The notes beneath the pieces were generated by a model. It was not told the origin of the DNA. It ran no database searches and saw only the letters and a program-made list of their open reading frames with translations. A program made the position numbers and the translations under genes. From Octopus sinensis (lineage: Eukaryota): a stretch of 64,000 bases of DNA. Each line of letters starts with the position of its first letter. The first letter of the stretch is position 1. This document shows, in pieces, positions 52,165-64,000 of this stretch. The stretch covers positions 29,574,001 to 29,638,000 of the forward strand of contig NC_043005.1 in NCBI RefSeq assembly GCF_006345805.1, written 5' to 3'.

Positions 52165-52737
52165 CACATGTGTGTGTGTGTGTCTGTGTTTGTCTTCCTA
52201 CCATCGTTTGACAACCAGTGTTGGTATGTTTACGTCCCCGTAACTTAGCGGGTCATCAAAAGAGACTGATTGAATAAGTACTACAAAGAATAAGTCCTGG
52301 GGTCGATTTGTTCGACTAAAGTGGGTGCTCCAGCATGGCCGCAGTCAAATGACTAAAACAAGAAGAAAGATGAAAGAATAAAAGAAATATATACATATGC
52401 GTGTATGGATGGATGGATTTATGTATAAACACACACACACACATTGATGTGTATTTGTGTTAAAAACTTCTTGTGTTAAAAAAAGCAGAACAAAAATGAC
52501 TGTTTTACATGATGCAATTTGGAAAAAAAACAAAACAAAAATTTTAGTCTAAAAAATATTGTCCTATTTCCTATTCAATGTTTGCTCACAAAACTATCAA
52601 ATGTAATTTTATATGTGTGTGTGTGTTTGTGTATCACAGTTTACTACACATGCAAGCTGTTGATGAAATGAAACAGAGATTGCATTCACATGCTGCTTCT
52701 AAATGTGTTTGACCAAAATTAGGAGAGTATCAAATAT

Positions 52738-53100
52738 TATCATCACCATCAATGAACATTCACTTTCCATGCTGGCATGGGTTGGACGGTTTGACTGAGG
52801 ACTGGCAAGCCGTGTGGCTGCACCAGGCTCCAGTCTGATCTGGCAAGGTTTCTACAGCTGGACACCCTTCCTAACACCAACCACTCCAAAAGTGTAGTGG
52901 GTCCCTTTTATATGTCACTGGCATGGGAGCCAGCCAAGCAGCACTGGCATCGACCATGCTTGAATGGTGCCTTTTATGTGCCACTGGCTTGGAAGTCAGT
53001 CGGTCAGCAGTGGCATTGGCCATACTTGAATGGTGCTTTTTGCGTGCCACCGGCATGGGTGCCAGTCAGGTGACACTGGCATCAGTCACACTTGAATGGT
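52738..53100 (-). mobile_element. RTE 3'UTR fragment with repeated modules
   Basis: CATGCTGGCATGGGTTGGACGG...CTACAGCTGGACACCCTTCC. Confidence 0.8.
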
Positions 53101-54661
53101 GCATTTTATAATATTTATATTATTTAGAAATATAGCTCAAAATCTTTTATTTGAAAGCAATGATGTAGGGGAGTTTACTCAAAGTGGTGGCCTGCTGTCC
53201 GGTGCGAGTCAGCAAGCCATCAGCTGCTGGTATGCAACGAGCTTTCAGAAAAGAAAGAAGCATTATATAAAGCTTATGTAATAGTGCATTATTTGTTTAC
53301 GATATAAATATATGATAAAAAAAATTGTCAACTTTTATTATATTCATTATGTATATTGGAAATATTGCATTTTTAATCTCTCAGAGAGAATTATGCAGCA
53401 GCAGCATGATAAAGTGATGGCTTGTTGCTAACTTAATGTGGCAGTCCCAGAAAGGGAAGAATGCTACTGCTATTTAGTCCCAAGAAACATCGTTTCTAGT
53501 TGGCTACGTGACACAAGCGTTCTGGCACGGTGGAAGAAAAAAAAAAACTGCCAGTACGCCACATCACATAGTTTAAGAAGCACTGATGTAAAGGTACACA
53601 ATGCTGGCTTGAACATGGTTTAGAGAGCATGCTAAATCATGATTTGACCTACATGCAAGAAAAACATCGATATACATATAAACGATAGATATATACAATA
53701 TCGTTATACACATTTCTTCTCTGATTGTGAGGTCTCTGGTTTCAATTAAGTGTACAGTCCTCAGTAGACAGAAAAAAAGAATTGTGGTGCGTCTGTAAGA
53801 TGATTTTGTTTGGTTGGAATGGTGTAAGCAAATCATAGTGATATCAGCATGAAAGTCACTGTTCCTAGATGAGTGAGTGTGTGTGTGTGAAAGCAAAAAT
53901 GGTTTAAGAGAAATAAAACAAAGTAGCCAGGGACATGGGTTTGAATAACATAGACTAATACTGGTAATGTTATCCGTTTATTTTTGCTATTTAAATTATG
54001 TAAATTATTTGGGCCATTGATGTTTTCTACTCTGTTTTGTTTAAGTCTAAGTTCATTGGCTGCTGAAGGTAGGGTCAGACAACTGTTGTACTGATGAAAA
54101 CTAACAAGCCAGAAACATGTTTCCACAACTATCCTTTTCATCTCTGTTACAATAAGCCTCCTCTTTGCTGAATGGCATGTCAGTTTTGGAGAAGTCTTCA
54201 AACTTGAGATTATCTTCCCTGCTCAAGTGGGGCTGGGTTGAATAGCCATTTGATAATTATAACACATCCTCTGGAGTTGGACATAATTTTAAGAAATCAC
54301 GAATTTATGGTGTAAGGTATTTCACATACTGGTATTTGTCTCTATATACAAGCATATGTGTATGTGTGTGTGTGTACACCCCCCCACACATGTATATATA
54401 AAGATATACATGTATACACACACACACATTGTATATGTATATTCTATCATTTTTACTCAAGAGAAGCTTCAAAATGAGTGAAAGGCCAAAAGATTTATAC
54501 ACTGCATTTAAAAAGTTTGAATAATGGCCTGCATCTCTTAGCACTTGACTTACTTTGTAATTTCTGCTAATTAAAAATAATAAAATCTCGGTACACACAT
54601 GTATTGAATCCTATTTATCTTGTTTGTACACCAAAACTCTATTTCATATATATATATATAT

Positions 54662-54920
54662 ACTTTATTAAAATAAGGCAGTAGAAATATCACAAAAACT
54701 GTTACTCAGAGTTTCGCATTCCTGTTCATTGGACAGTTTTGTTTAGAATGTTTGTTTAGTATTCTAAATAAAACTGTCTGATGAGCAGGAATGTGAAACT
54801 CTGAGTAACAGTTTTTGTGATATTTCTGCTGCTTTTTTTAATAAAGCATATTACACTACCTCTGGTATTCAGGTACTATTTTTTCTACCTTGTTCCACTT
54901 TTATGTGCTTACTCCGGTAT
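54662..54920. mobile_element. Palindromic repeat family D (Penelope-like terminal repeat candidate)
   Basis: Arms 54663-54748 and 54760-54846 inverted around an 11-nt centre. Confidence 0.82.
54770..54815 (+). ncRNA. Minimal type-I hammerhead ribozyme with intact core
   Basis: Helix I AAAACTGT/ACAGTTTT; CTGATGA; helix II GCA-GGAA-TGT; GAA; helix III ACTC-T-GAGT; GUA triplet ending at 54807. Confidence 0.78.
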
Positions 54921-55055
54921 ATATATATATATATATATATATCTAATATAGGAAAGAATTGTTTTCAAAAAAACTTTATCAATGACCAGCATATTAAAAA
55001 ATACCTTTAAAGGTTAAATTTATAAACAACTTATAAAAAGGGCAAAAGAAAAAAG

Positions 55056-55386
55056 ATTTCTAATGCCAAATATGCCGAAACTAGACACATCGTCCATAAC
55101 CATATAATTCATCACTATAAGCACGCGTCTCGAAGAAAGCCGATAGAAATTTCTAAAAAATTCCATTATTACCATATTGGACCCGATTTCAGAGTTAATT
55201 CATAAGAACTTTCTCTTCATCAGTGATAAATGCGGCAAAGAAATAAATGAAATACTTACTTATACCCATGGAAGAAGAAAACACTAAGTCATGAGCACAA
55301 TTAAGTACCCCAAATATATCCAAAATAGCGATGAATTATATGGTTATGGACGATGTGTCTAGTTTCGGCATATTTGGCATTAGAAA

Positions 55387-55387
<1 letters not shown>
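55056..55387. repeat. Perfect 58-bp inverted repeat with 216-bp CpG-containing spacer
   Basis: 55056-55113 is the exact rc of 55330-55387. Confidence 0.92.
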
Positions 55388-55435
<48 letters not shown>

Positions 55436-55445
55436 CTATATATAT

Positions 55446-55479
<34 letters not shown>

Positions 55480-55480
<1 letters not shown>

Positions 55481-55702
55481 TTGTGTCTCTATGTTTGTCT
55501 CCCTGTACCGTCGCTTGACAACCGATGCTGGTGTGTTTACGTCGCCGTAACTTTGTGGTTTGGCAAAAAGAGACCAATAGAATAAGTACTAGGCTTACAA
55601 AGAATAAGTCCTGGGGTCAATTTGCTCGACTAAAGGTGGTGCTCCAGCATGGCCACAATCAAATGACTGAAACAAGTGAAAGAATAAAAGAGTAAAAAGA
55701 AT
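55480..55702 (+). mobile_element. CORE-type SINE 3' half
   Basis: TTGACAACCGATGCTGGTGTGTTTACG...GCTCCAGCATGGCC. Confidence 0.85.
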
Positions 55703-55791
55703 ATATATATATGTATGTATATGTATATATATATATGTATGTACATGTGTGCGTATATATATATATATGTGTGTGTGTGTGTATGTATATG

Positions 55792-55822
<31 letters not shown>

Positions 55823-55918
55823 ATGTGCATATATATGTATATATATAGATAGGTACATGTGTATATATATGTATATATGTATGTGTTGTGTATATATATA
55901 TCTATCTCTATATATATA

Positions 55919-56002
<84 letters not shown>

Positions 56003-56074
56003 TATATATAATATATATATATCTATAATATATATATATATATATATATATAATAATATATATATATATATATA

Positions 56075-56107
<33 letters not shown>

Positions 56108-56108
56108 C

Positions 56109-56143
<35 letters not shown>

Positions 56144-56150
56144 TATATAT
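55700..56150. repeat. (TA)n-dominated microsatellite field
   Basis: Direct reading. Confidence 0.95.
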
Positions 56151-56928
56151 GTATGCATATGAAATTTGGGAATGGAAATTTTAAGAAATTCTTGAAAATA
56201 CTATTTTTAGTTTTTAGAGAAAACTCAAACTTGATGAAATTTAAACTTTAAAAAATAAATCTTGTTGCGTTGTATCCTATAAAATATAGGTCAGGTTACT
56301 TGAGAGACTTAGAGAATTAATTGTGCTGAGAGAGCAAGAGAGAGAGAGAGAGAGAGAGAGAAAGTGAGGGGCAGAGGCACGGAGGTCACTACTTCGAAAA
56401 CAACAAAGACATAGTGGGAGGACGTGGAGGGGGTGAGGTGGATGGAGGAAACTCACAGAACAGAATATGTGTGTGAGAGAGGGTGGGGGAGAGAGAAAAA
56501 CTGACCAGAAACTGCACTTTAGTTAGTCATTCAGTTTACTACTACTACCACTATACTACTGCTGCTGCTGCTGCTATTGAAGAGGGGGTTTGGCGAGGAG
56601 GGGAGAAGTGAAGAAATTGCTCATTAGAGATATAATTTCTCTTCACAACACTTTAGGACATGTGACATGTTTAACTGAGGGCCTCCATTTTATGATTTAT
56701 AACGACGGTTGCTTACTTTGTGACGTATATGCACACTTATATACATACATGTGCCTCTCCCTCCTCACATCATCGTACACTTACATATAATAGACGTCAT
56801 ATGTAATGCTTGTATCTATGTGTATATATTTATACACCATACATAATACATATACACTTACAGAGATGTGTGTGTGTTTGTATTGTTAATCTGGCTGTTC
56901 TTGAAATATATGCATGCTTCATACATAT

Positions 56929-56929
<1 letters not shown>

Positions 56930-56978
<49 letters not shown>

Positions 56979-57056
56979 GTATATACATACATACATGTAT
57001 GTATGTGTACACATACACAGACATACACATGTATATATATATTTATACATATATAG

Positions 57057-57099
<43 letters not shown>

Positions 57100-57217
57100 T
57101 GTATATATATATATGTGTGTGTATATGTATGTATATGTATGTATATGTATGTATATGTATATATGTATGTATATGTATATATATACAATATATATATGTA
57201 TGTATATGTATATATAT

Positions 57218-57248
<31 letters not shown>

Positions 57249-57300
57249 CATATATAAAATATATGTGTATATGTATATGTGTGTGTGTATAAATATATAT
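56930..57300. repeat. (CA)/(TA)/(TATG) compound microsatellite
   Basis: Direct reading. Confidence 0.95.
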
Positions 57301-59321
57301 ATACTTTCATGAATTTATCTTAGATAATATACCTATAGATATATGTACACACACACACATGTATATTGAAGATGAATGTGAAAGTGAATAATGTAACAGT
57401 CCATTGGAGACAGTTGAAAACCACTCCTTCATCAGCCACTGTGCAGATGTGTTCATGAAATAGGAGCAGCTTGAATTCCCAGGTGCCTTACTTTCACTTT
57501 ACCTTCACACACCCACATTACAGTCTTTAGTAAAAATATTGTAAAGAAATGTAAACATGTTATCTTTGAACTTAGGCTTACTGAGGGGAAAAAAGGCATC
57601 TAAATCTAAAATCAAATCTGCATATCCCCGTGTATGTGAGTGTGTGTGTAAGGGGTGGGGCATCATCGTCTTTGGGAGTTTAGTATGTACTTTTCTATGC
57701 TGGGGGAGACTAAAGTACATTAAGGCAAAGTTTTCTATGGCCAGATCTCACTGACACTCTGTTGGCTATGACGACAAAGGTTCCAATTGATCTGATCAAT
57801 GGAACAGCCTGCTCGTGAAATTAACGTGCAAGTGGCTGAGCTCTCCACAGGTGTGTATACCATTAATGTAGTTCTCAGGGAGATTCAACGTGACACAGAG
57901 TGTAACAAAGCTATGGCTACGTCCACTGGCCAATGAACAACTTGGGCATAGTTCTGTTGCAAACTGGAAACAAAAGTCACCATTTGAATGCACTTAATTG
58001 TCTACTGAGCTTGCCTCACTACATGAGGAGACAAGGAGAAACACAAACTCACTTACATATTCTCTTCTCTCTCTCTCTCTCTCTCACACACACTCATACA
58101 CATGCACACACACACACATGTATGCATGTGAGTGCTTGAGTGTCCCTGAGTTGATATTGTGTGACAGAGTTGTGATGAGCATCATTCTCATACAGTGTCC
58201 TTTGCTTCAAATCTTCTAATTGGAACATATTGGGCCATGGGGAAATATTTCCTTCCTCAGAATCAGGTGAAGGTTGGCATCAGGAAGGGACCCTAGCCAT
58301 GGAGAATCTTCCTCCTTCTGTGAATTCTGTTTGACCCCCCCCCCCCATGTGAACATGGAAAAGTGGGCATCATAATGATGCTGATGATGTTTTTTACACA
58401 CACACACATTGTATCTTCATCAGTAACAATGTATATAAATGTCTTCAAATCAGCATCACTGCTATGAATTTATGCCAAATTACATTCCAGATTCATCTTT
58501 GACCAATTCTTTAATTTCCAATAGTTATTTGTTAAAACTACAAAATTGATGTCTTGAGAATTTTCCATAAGCATTAGGTTTTTCAGAATTCTTCAAGTGA
58601 AAATTCACTAATTAACTACCATTTATGTCTTTTAATTAAAATGTTCTGTTCTTGCTATTCTAAAAGATAGAACTCTATTCAAAGATATTATAGCTATAAC
58701 TATTCTTTATCTTACACATAGATTTGATTTGTTAGAGATTTGGTTGCTATTTCTAGCAAGGAGACTCTTCCCCTTCCCCATTAGCTATCTTGTTGTTGTT
58801 GTTGTTTGTGTGTAGCCCTAGGCTAATCTTTATCCAGTGTGTCCAATAACTATTGCTACTCCTTCAACATACCAGATGTAAAAATGTGGGTGTATGTGTA
58901 GCCAGGTGTATATGTATTTACATGTGTTTGTGTATATCTGTGTATGTGCATATCTGTATATATATGTGTGTATTAATGTATGTTTATGTGTATGCGTGTG
59001 TGTGTGTTGATTTGGTCTGTGTGCATGCTTATCTGTGTGTGGGCATCATTTATCAGCTTCTGTGTGTATATATATATGTGTGTGTGTGTGTGTATGTGCA
59101 CATGTTTACCTGTGTGTATACATGTATGTTTGAATTCATCTGTGTGTGTGTCTTTATATATACTGTATGCGTTTGTGTGTGTGTGTACATGCACATATTT
59201 ACCTGTGTGTGTATGTGTATGTTTGATGGACCGTGAAGTCTGGCATAGCATGGTAAATTCCATTGTCTCAACCACGGTCGAACAATGATGATGGTGATGT
59301 GTGAGTGTTTATATATGCTGC

Positions 59322-59358
<37 letters not shown>

Positions 59359-60941
59359 AAAATCTGTTTGACACTAGCTATGAGGTATTTCCCACTTCTA
59401 TTAGTATTTGTGTTGGAAAAGATATTTAATCTTCTCTGTTTTAATAATCACAATTATTAATATCAGTCAGGATGTTATATTGTCAGGTGGATGTTGTTTC
59501 CTCCAATAACGTATTTTTCTGATAATAAATTCATTATTTAACCATTCAATGAATCACATCTTTTATCCTTTCATATTGAAATCCTTCCTTTTAAATGCCT
59601 TTGATTTAAGGAGGTAACTCAATTGGATTAGCAACATTGGTATTATGATAATAATGGGTACTAGGAGATTACTTTCATATCATGATGACTCCTATTGAGT
59701 TAAAAAATGTCACCCATTTAACATCTCCATGGGGAGCATTGATGGGATTCAAGTTAGTGACCTCAGTATATTAATCCGGGATAAACATGAAGAGCTTGCT
59801 TTGGTACAGGGACAATAACCTGACAAGTTCAACTATTATGAATGTTACACTATTGATAAATTTAAGAACTTGGCTTTCAATGAGTTTGGTTCAGATATAA
59901 TTATTCCTATCAATCTAATTGCTGTGAACTTTAGACCTCAAAGCCAGAGTGTATTTCTCCTACAGAAAGGCCAATTAGAGAAGTATATAGCCACAAGAAT
60001 TCAAACCACAATTTGAGCTGTAATAAAAAAATTTAGTAGCTAGAATGACTAAAAGAAAATCTCCAGTCAACATTCAGGTACAGATACCTTCAACAGAACC
60101 ATGCTTCATTACTATAAGGTGTTAATGAGGCGACTTCAGTGTGAAATTAGGGCTCACTGAGGAACTAAAATCATCTCCTGAAGAGAAATAGGAGAAGAGA
60201 AATAACTTGTTCAAATGGCTATTCTACCTAGATGTCTCTACAAACATAGCTAAGAACGTTTTATTTCTCATTTGAGAATAAATAACTAATGTTGATAAGG
60301 CTGAGGCTAGAAACACATGTAGCATACTACATAGCTTCCAGCATGGTCTGCTACAAACACAAAACAAGCCATGCCCCTCCCCCCCGTACAGCTCCTATCC
60401 TTGGCACTCAACTAAAATCAGTCTGCTTGGAGTGACAGCCTTGTCAAAGTGTTGCACAGTTAGTCGTGGCCTTCACTGCTTTATTGCTTCTTGGTAGTTG
60501 AAACTTCTTGAAGCCACTGATGGTAGACCTGTCATTGTGACAATTAGGCTATTACAAATATGCAACAATGAAATACTACCATTCCTACCACTTTCAATAT
60601 GTTGTATAGGTGGGAGCTATTGTGATTCTTCAGTTCCCTGGACAGATATGTCTTTTGTTGGAATGTCATTTGGTCAAAATCTTTGTCTTCATTGATCAAC
60701 AATGGATATGACAGTCTTTGGCAAATTCCTTTGTTATATTCCTCGTTCCTTTTCCTTCATTTTTCTTTCCTCTTTATTCTTTTATTTCTATTATTTATTT
60801 TATTTATTTGGCAGTTGCAAGGACATTGTCAAATTCAAAAACAAAATATTGTGTGTATGTATGTATGTATGTATGTATGTATGTATGTATGTATGTATGT
60901 ATGTATGTATGTATGTATGTATGTATGTATATATGTATGTA

Positions 60942-60970
<29 letters not shown>

Positions 60971-60972
<2 letters not shown>

Positions 60973-61189
60973 CTGCACACACACACACACACAGATAGAG
61001 AAATATCATGACCATCATTTTAATGTCCACTTTTCCCCACTTGCATGGGTCAGTTGAAATTCCTTGAGGCAGATTATTCATGGAAAGCTGCTCTTCCTGA
61101 TGTCATTTGTCACCTGTTTCCAGGTAGAGGGTAATGTCACCCCCACCCAGTCCTTGAAACAATAACAGCACAATGACCACACATATTTT

Positions 61190-61223
<34 letters not shown>

Positions 61224-61835
61224 GCATACATATCTGCATACACACACTCTCACAGAGGTAAGCATATTCAAATGTGTGAGTGTGTGAATGTGTGTGTGAG
61301 TAAAATGGAGAAAGAAAAGTAAAGGAATTAGTATAGGTACTGGTCAACTTTAGCTGTGAAACCTTAGAAAATGTGTGTATGTGTGTGTGTGTGTGGTGTG
61401 TGTGTGTGTGTCTGCACACACACACACACACAGATAGAGAAATATCATGACCATCATTTTAATGTCCACTTTTCCCCACTTGCATGGGTCAGTTGAAATT
61501 CCTTGAGGCAGATTATTCATGGAAAGCTGCTCTTCCTGATGTCATTTGTCACCTGTTTCCAGGTAGAGGGTAATGTCACCCCCACCCAGTCCTTGAAACA
61601 ATAACAGCACAATGACCACACATATTTTACACACACACACACACATATATATATATGCATACATATCTGCATACACACACTCTCACAGAGGTAAGTATAT
61701 TCAAATGTGTGAGTGTGTGAATGTGTGTGTGAGTAAAATGGAGAAAGAAAAGTAAAGGAATTAGTATAGGTACTGGTCAACTTTAGCTGTGAAACCTTAG
61801 AAAATGTGTGTATGTGTGTGTGTGTGTGTGTGTGT
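60971..61835 (+). repeat. 439-bp tandem duplication bounded by (GT)n
   Basis: AGATAGAGAAATATC at 60993 and 61432; one substitution (AAGCAT/AAGTAT) plus microsatellite length differences. Confidence 0.93.
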
Positions 61836-62423
61836 GCCCCATTTCTTGAAGTGATTCAGAGGAAATACATGGCCTAGTTCTGACCCAGATGCTTAAGGAA
61901 GAAAGAAAATGAGATATTTAAGGGAAAAAAAAATGAATAGACAAATTCTTTAAAAAAAAAAAAGAAAGAACAGAAATGGTGAGTTAATGAGTAAAGCATA
62001 TTGAAATGTTGAAGAATGAATGAGAAACCTTTAGAAAAATAGCTCTGTAATATGTTGTTCACAGAACTTGGCAATGATAGAAGTAGTTTACTTTCAAATG
62101 ATATTTTTACATCATCGTCATCGTTATTGTCTTCATGGTCGTCATCGTCAGCATCATCATCATCATTATATTCATCAGTTTTAATGTCTAATTTCCCTTG
62201 TTTGCATGGTAATGAGACTTGTTCACAACTATTTTGCAAAGTCAAGACAAAAAGACACACACACACACTTGCATATATTCTTGTCACTCATAACATGTGT
62301 GTGTGTGTGTGTGTGTGTGCATATGTACACGCATGCACATGTGCACACACACATACACACTAGTTTGCACTCACACACACACACACTTGCACTCACACAC
62401 TCACACACACACATGTATATATG

Positions 62424-62550
62424 AAGGGCTTCCTTTAGTTTCTGCCTATCAAATCCACTCACAGAGTTTTTGTTTGGATCAGAGCTGTAGTAGAAGACAC
62501 TGGCCCAAGGTGCCATGCTGTGGGACTGAGCCTGAAACCATGTGGTTGTC
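62424..62550 (-). mobile_element. CORE-type SINE 5' half
   Basis: rc of the family head; further copies at 41170-41312 (-), 62772-62940 (-), 63240-63400 (+). Confidence 0.8.
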
Positions 62551-64000
62551 ACTTGATATTGTTCCCTAAGCCTGCATAAACAACTAATAATGATAAGGTT
62601 AAGGCTAGAAACACCTGTAGCATACCAAATTGTTTCCAGCATGGTACACTACAAACACAAAAAAAAAACCATGCCCCTACGCAGCTCCTATCTTGACTCA
62701 ACTTGGCTCAACCTATGCAGCTCCTACCCTTGGCTCAACTTGGCACAACCTATGCAGCTTGGAGTGAGGGCCGGACTTCTTTCAGTTTCTGTTAACCAAA
62801 TCCACTCACAAAGCTTTGGTCAACCCAAGGCTACAATAAGAGTTGCTTGCTCAAGATGCCACGGTTTGGTACCCTGGGCCATGGAGCTAAACCTGAAATC
62901 ATTTGGTTGGAAAATGAACATCTTTTTCATCACACAGCTATACTTTTACCTAGCCATATCTTTATTTAGGGTTTATATTCCAGTATTTTTGTGTATTCTG
63001 ACAGGTCTCTTCTCACATACAAATATTCTTGTAAATCTGTTCTGACATTTATTTTCATAATTATTGTTTTGCATCTATTCTTCTATGCTTCATTGGATAA
63101 ATGGTTGAATTCATTTATTTCACAGCTGAATGATTTTCCTTCTCACCATAAACCCCTTCGTTGAGAAGTTGGTAGTAAATCCTATTTTGTGTTCTCTCAG
63201 CAAAACCAGTTCAGTATTTTGTGCAGATAATTTTAAATATTCTGGAGTGTGATTAAGAAGTTTGATTCCCGACCTCATGGTTTCAGTTTCAAGCCTACTG
63301 CATGGCACCTTGAGAAATTCAGTGTCTTCTATTATAACTCCTGGTCAACTAAAACTCAGTTTCTGGATTTGGTAGACAGAAGCTGAAAGAATCTCATCAC
63401 ATGTGTGTGTGTGTGTGTGTTAGTCTCAACACTTTATGATAGATGTAAATGAGCCTCACCATCACACAAGTGGTGTTGTTCATTGCCAGTCTTCTGTGGA
63501 AACATATCTGGCCATGGAGAAATATCATTTTGGGAAACAGTTGAAGGTTGGCAACAAGAAGGGAATTTTCTCTAATAAACCCAACACTCCTCTCGTAGTC
63601 TGCAACGTATATCCCTAATAAGCCTACTACTTCATCAATGATAATCGTTTACTGTTCGATGTCCATTTTTCATACTGTGACTGTTTTGTTTGCATGCTTA
63701 CGTTCAAATGCCTCTGTTTTAATTGATTTTCAAAATAATGAAGACTTTAGTAAAATAACTGTCATTATTAAGCTGGTATTTGGAATATAAATTAACCTGA
63801 GCTTTTGAAGGGAGGTTTCCATTTAAATAATAAACCACATATTCATTCTTAATATGTTTCAGTTAATGTGACACAGCTGATTGCTGTTGTATTTCGTCTT
63901 TGGAGAACAACTTCTTTCAGATAATGTTTGTTCAGAGCACTCTTGAGTGAAAGAGGTCTTTGAGACACCATGGCCATCCCCTTATCTCAATGAATCAAGT

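Noticed and set aside
53833-54260. 122-aa ORF and overlapping protein-like frames
   Set aside because: Partly microsatellite, no domain, alternative frames equally open
55056-55113. Hammerhead in the 58-bp inverted repeat (GCCGAAACTAG)
   Set aside because: No CTGATGA core at the correct upstream position

Overview
AT-rich, microsatellite-saturated eukaryotic DNA. The repeat landscape ((TA)n/(CA)n/(AAT)n tracts, abundant tRNA-derived SINEs, RTE LINEs with (GAT)n tails) suggests an intronic or intergenic octopus/coleoid cephalopod region; this assignment is inferred, not shown. I could not confidently recognise any host protein-coding exon, and most ORFs in the track are translated microsatellites. 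Mobile elements: two young, near-identical 5'-truncated RTE LINEs in opposite orientation (14.1-16.0 kb and 45.4-47.5 kb), older RTE, CR1-like, L2-like, HERO and R4/Dong-like remnants, a C2H2-finger LINE tail, three Tc1/mariner relics, several MITEs and dozens of SINEs. The most unusual signal is RNA-level. Four unrelated, mostly palindromic repeat families carry minimal type-I hammerhead ribozyme motifs. In one family the hammerhead lies downstream of a tRNA-like Pol III head in a head-to-head palindrome, and one copy (54770-54815) has an intact core. Also notable: a twin-priming-like inversion in an RTE insertion, about nine local fold-back structures, and a CpG-retaining domain at about 50.7-56.8 kb.
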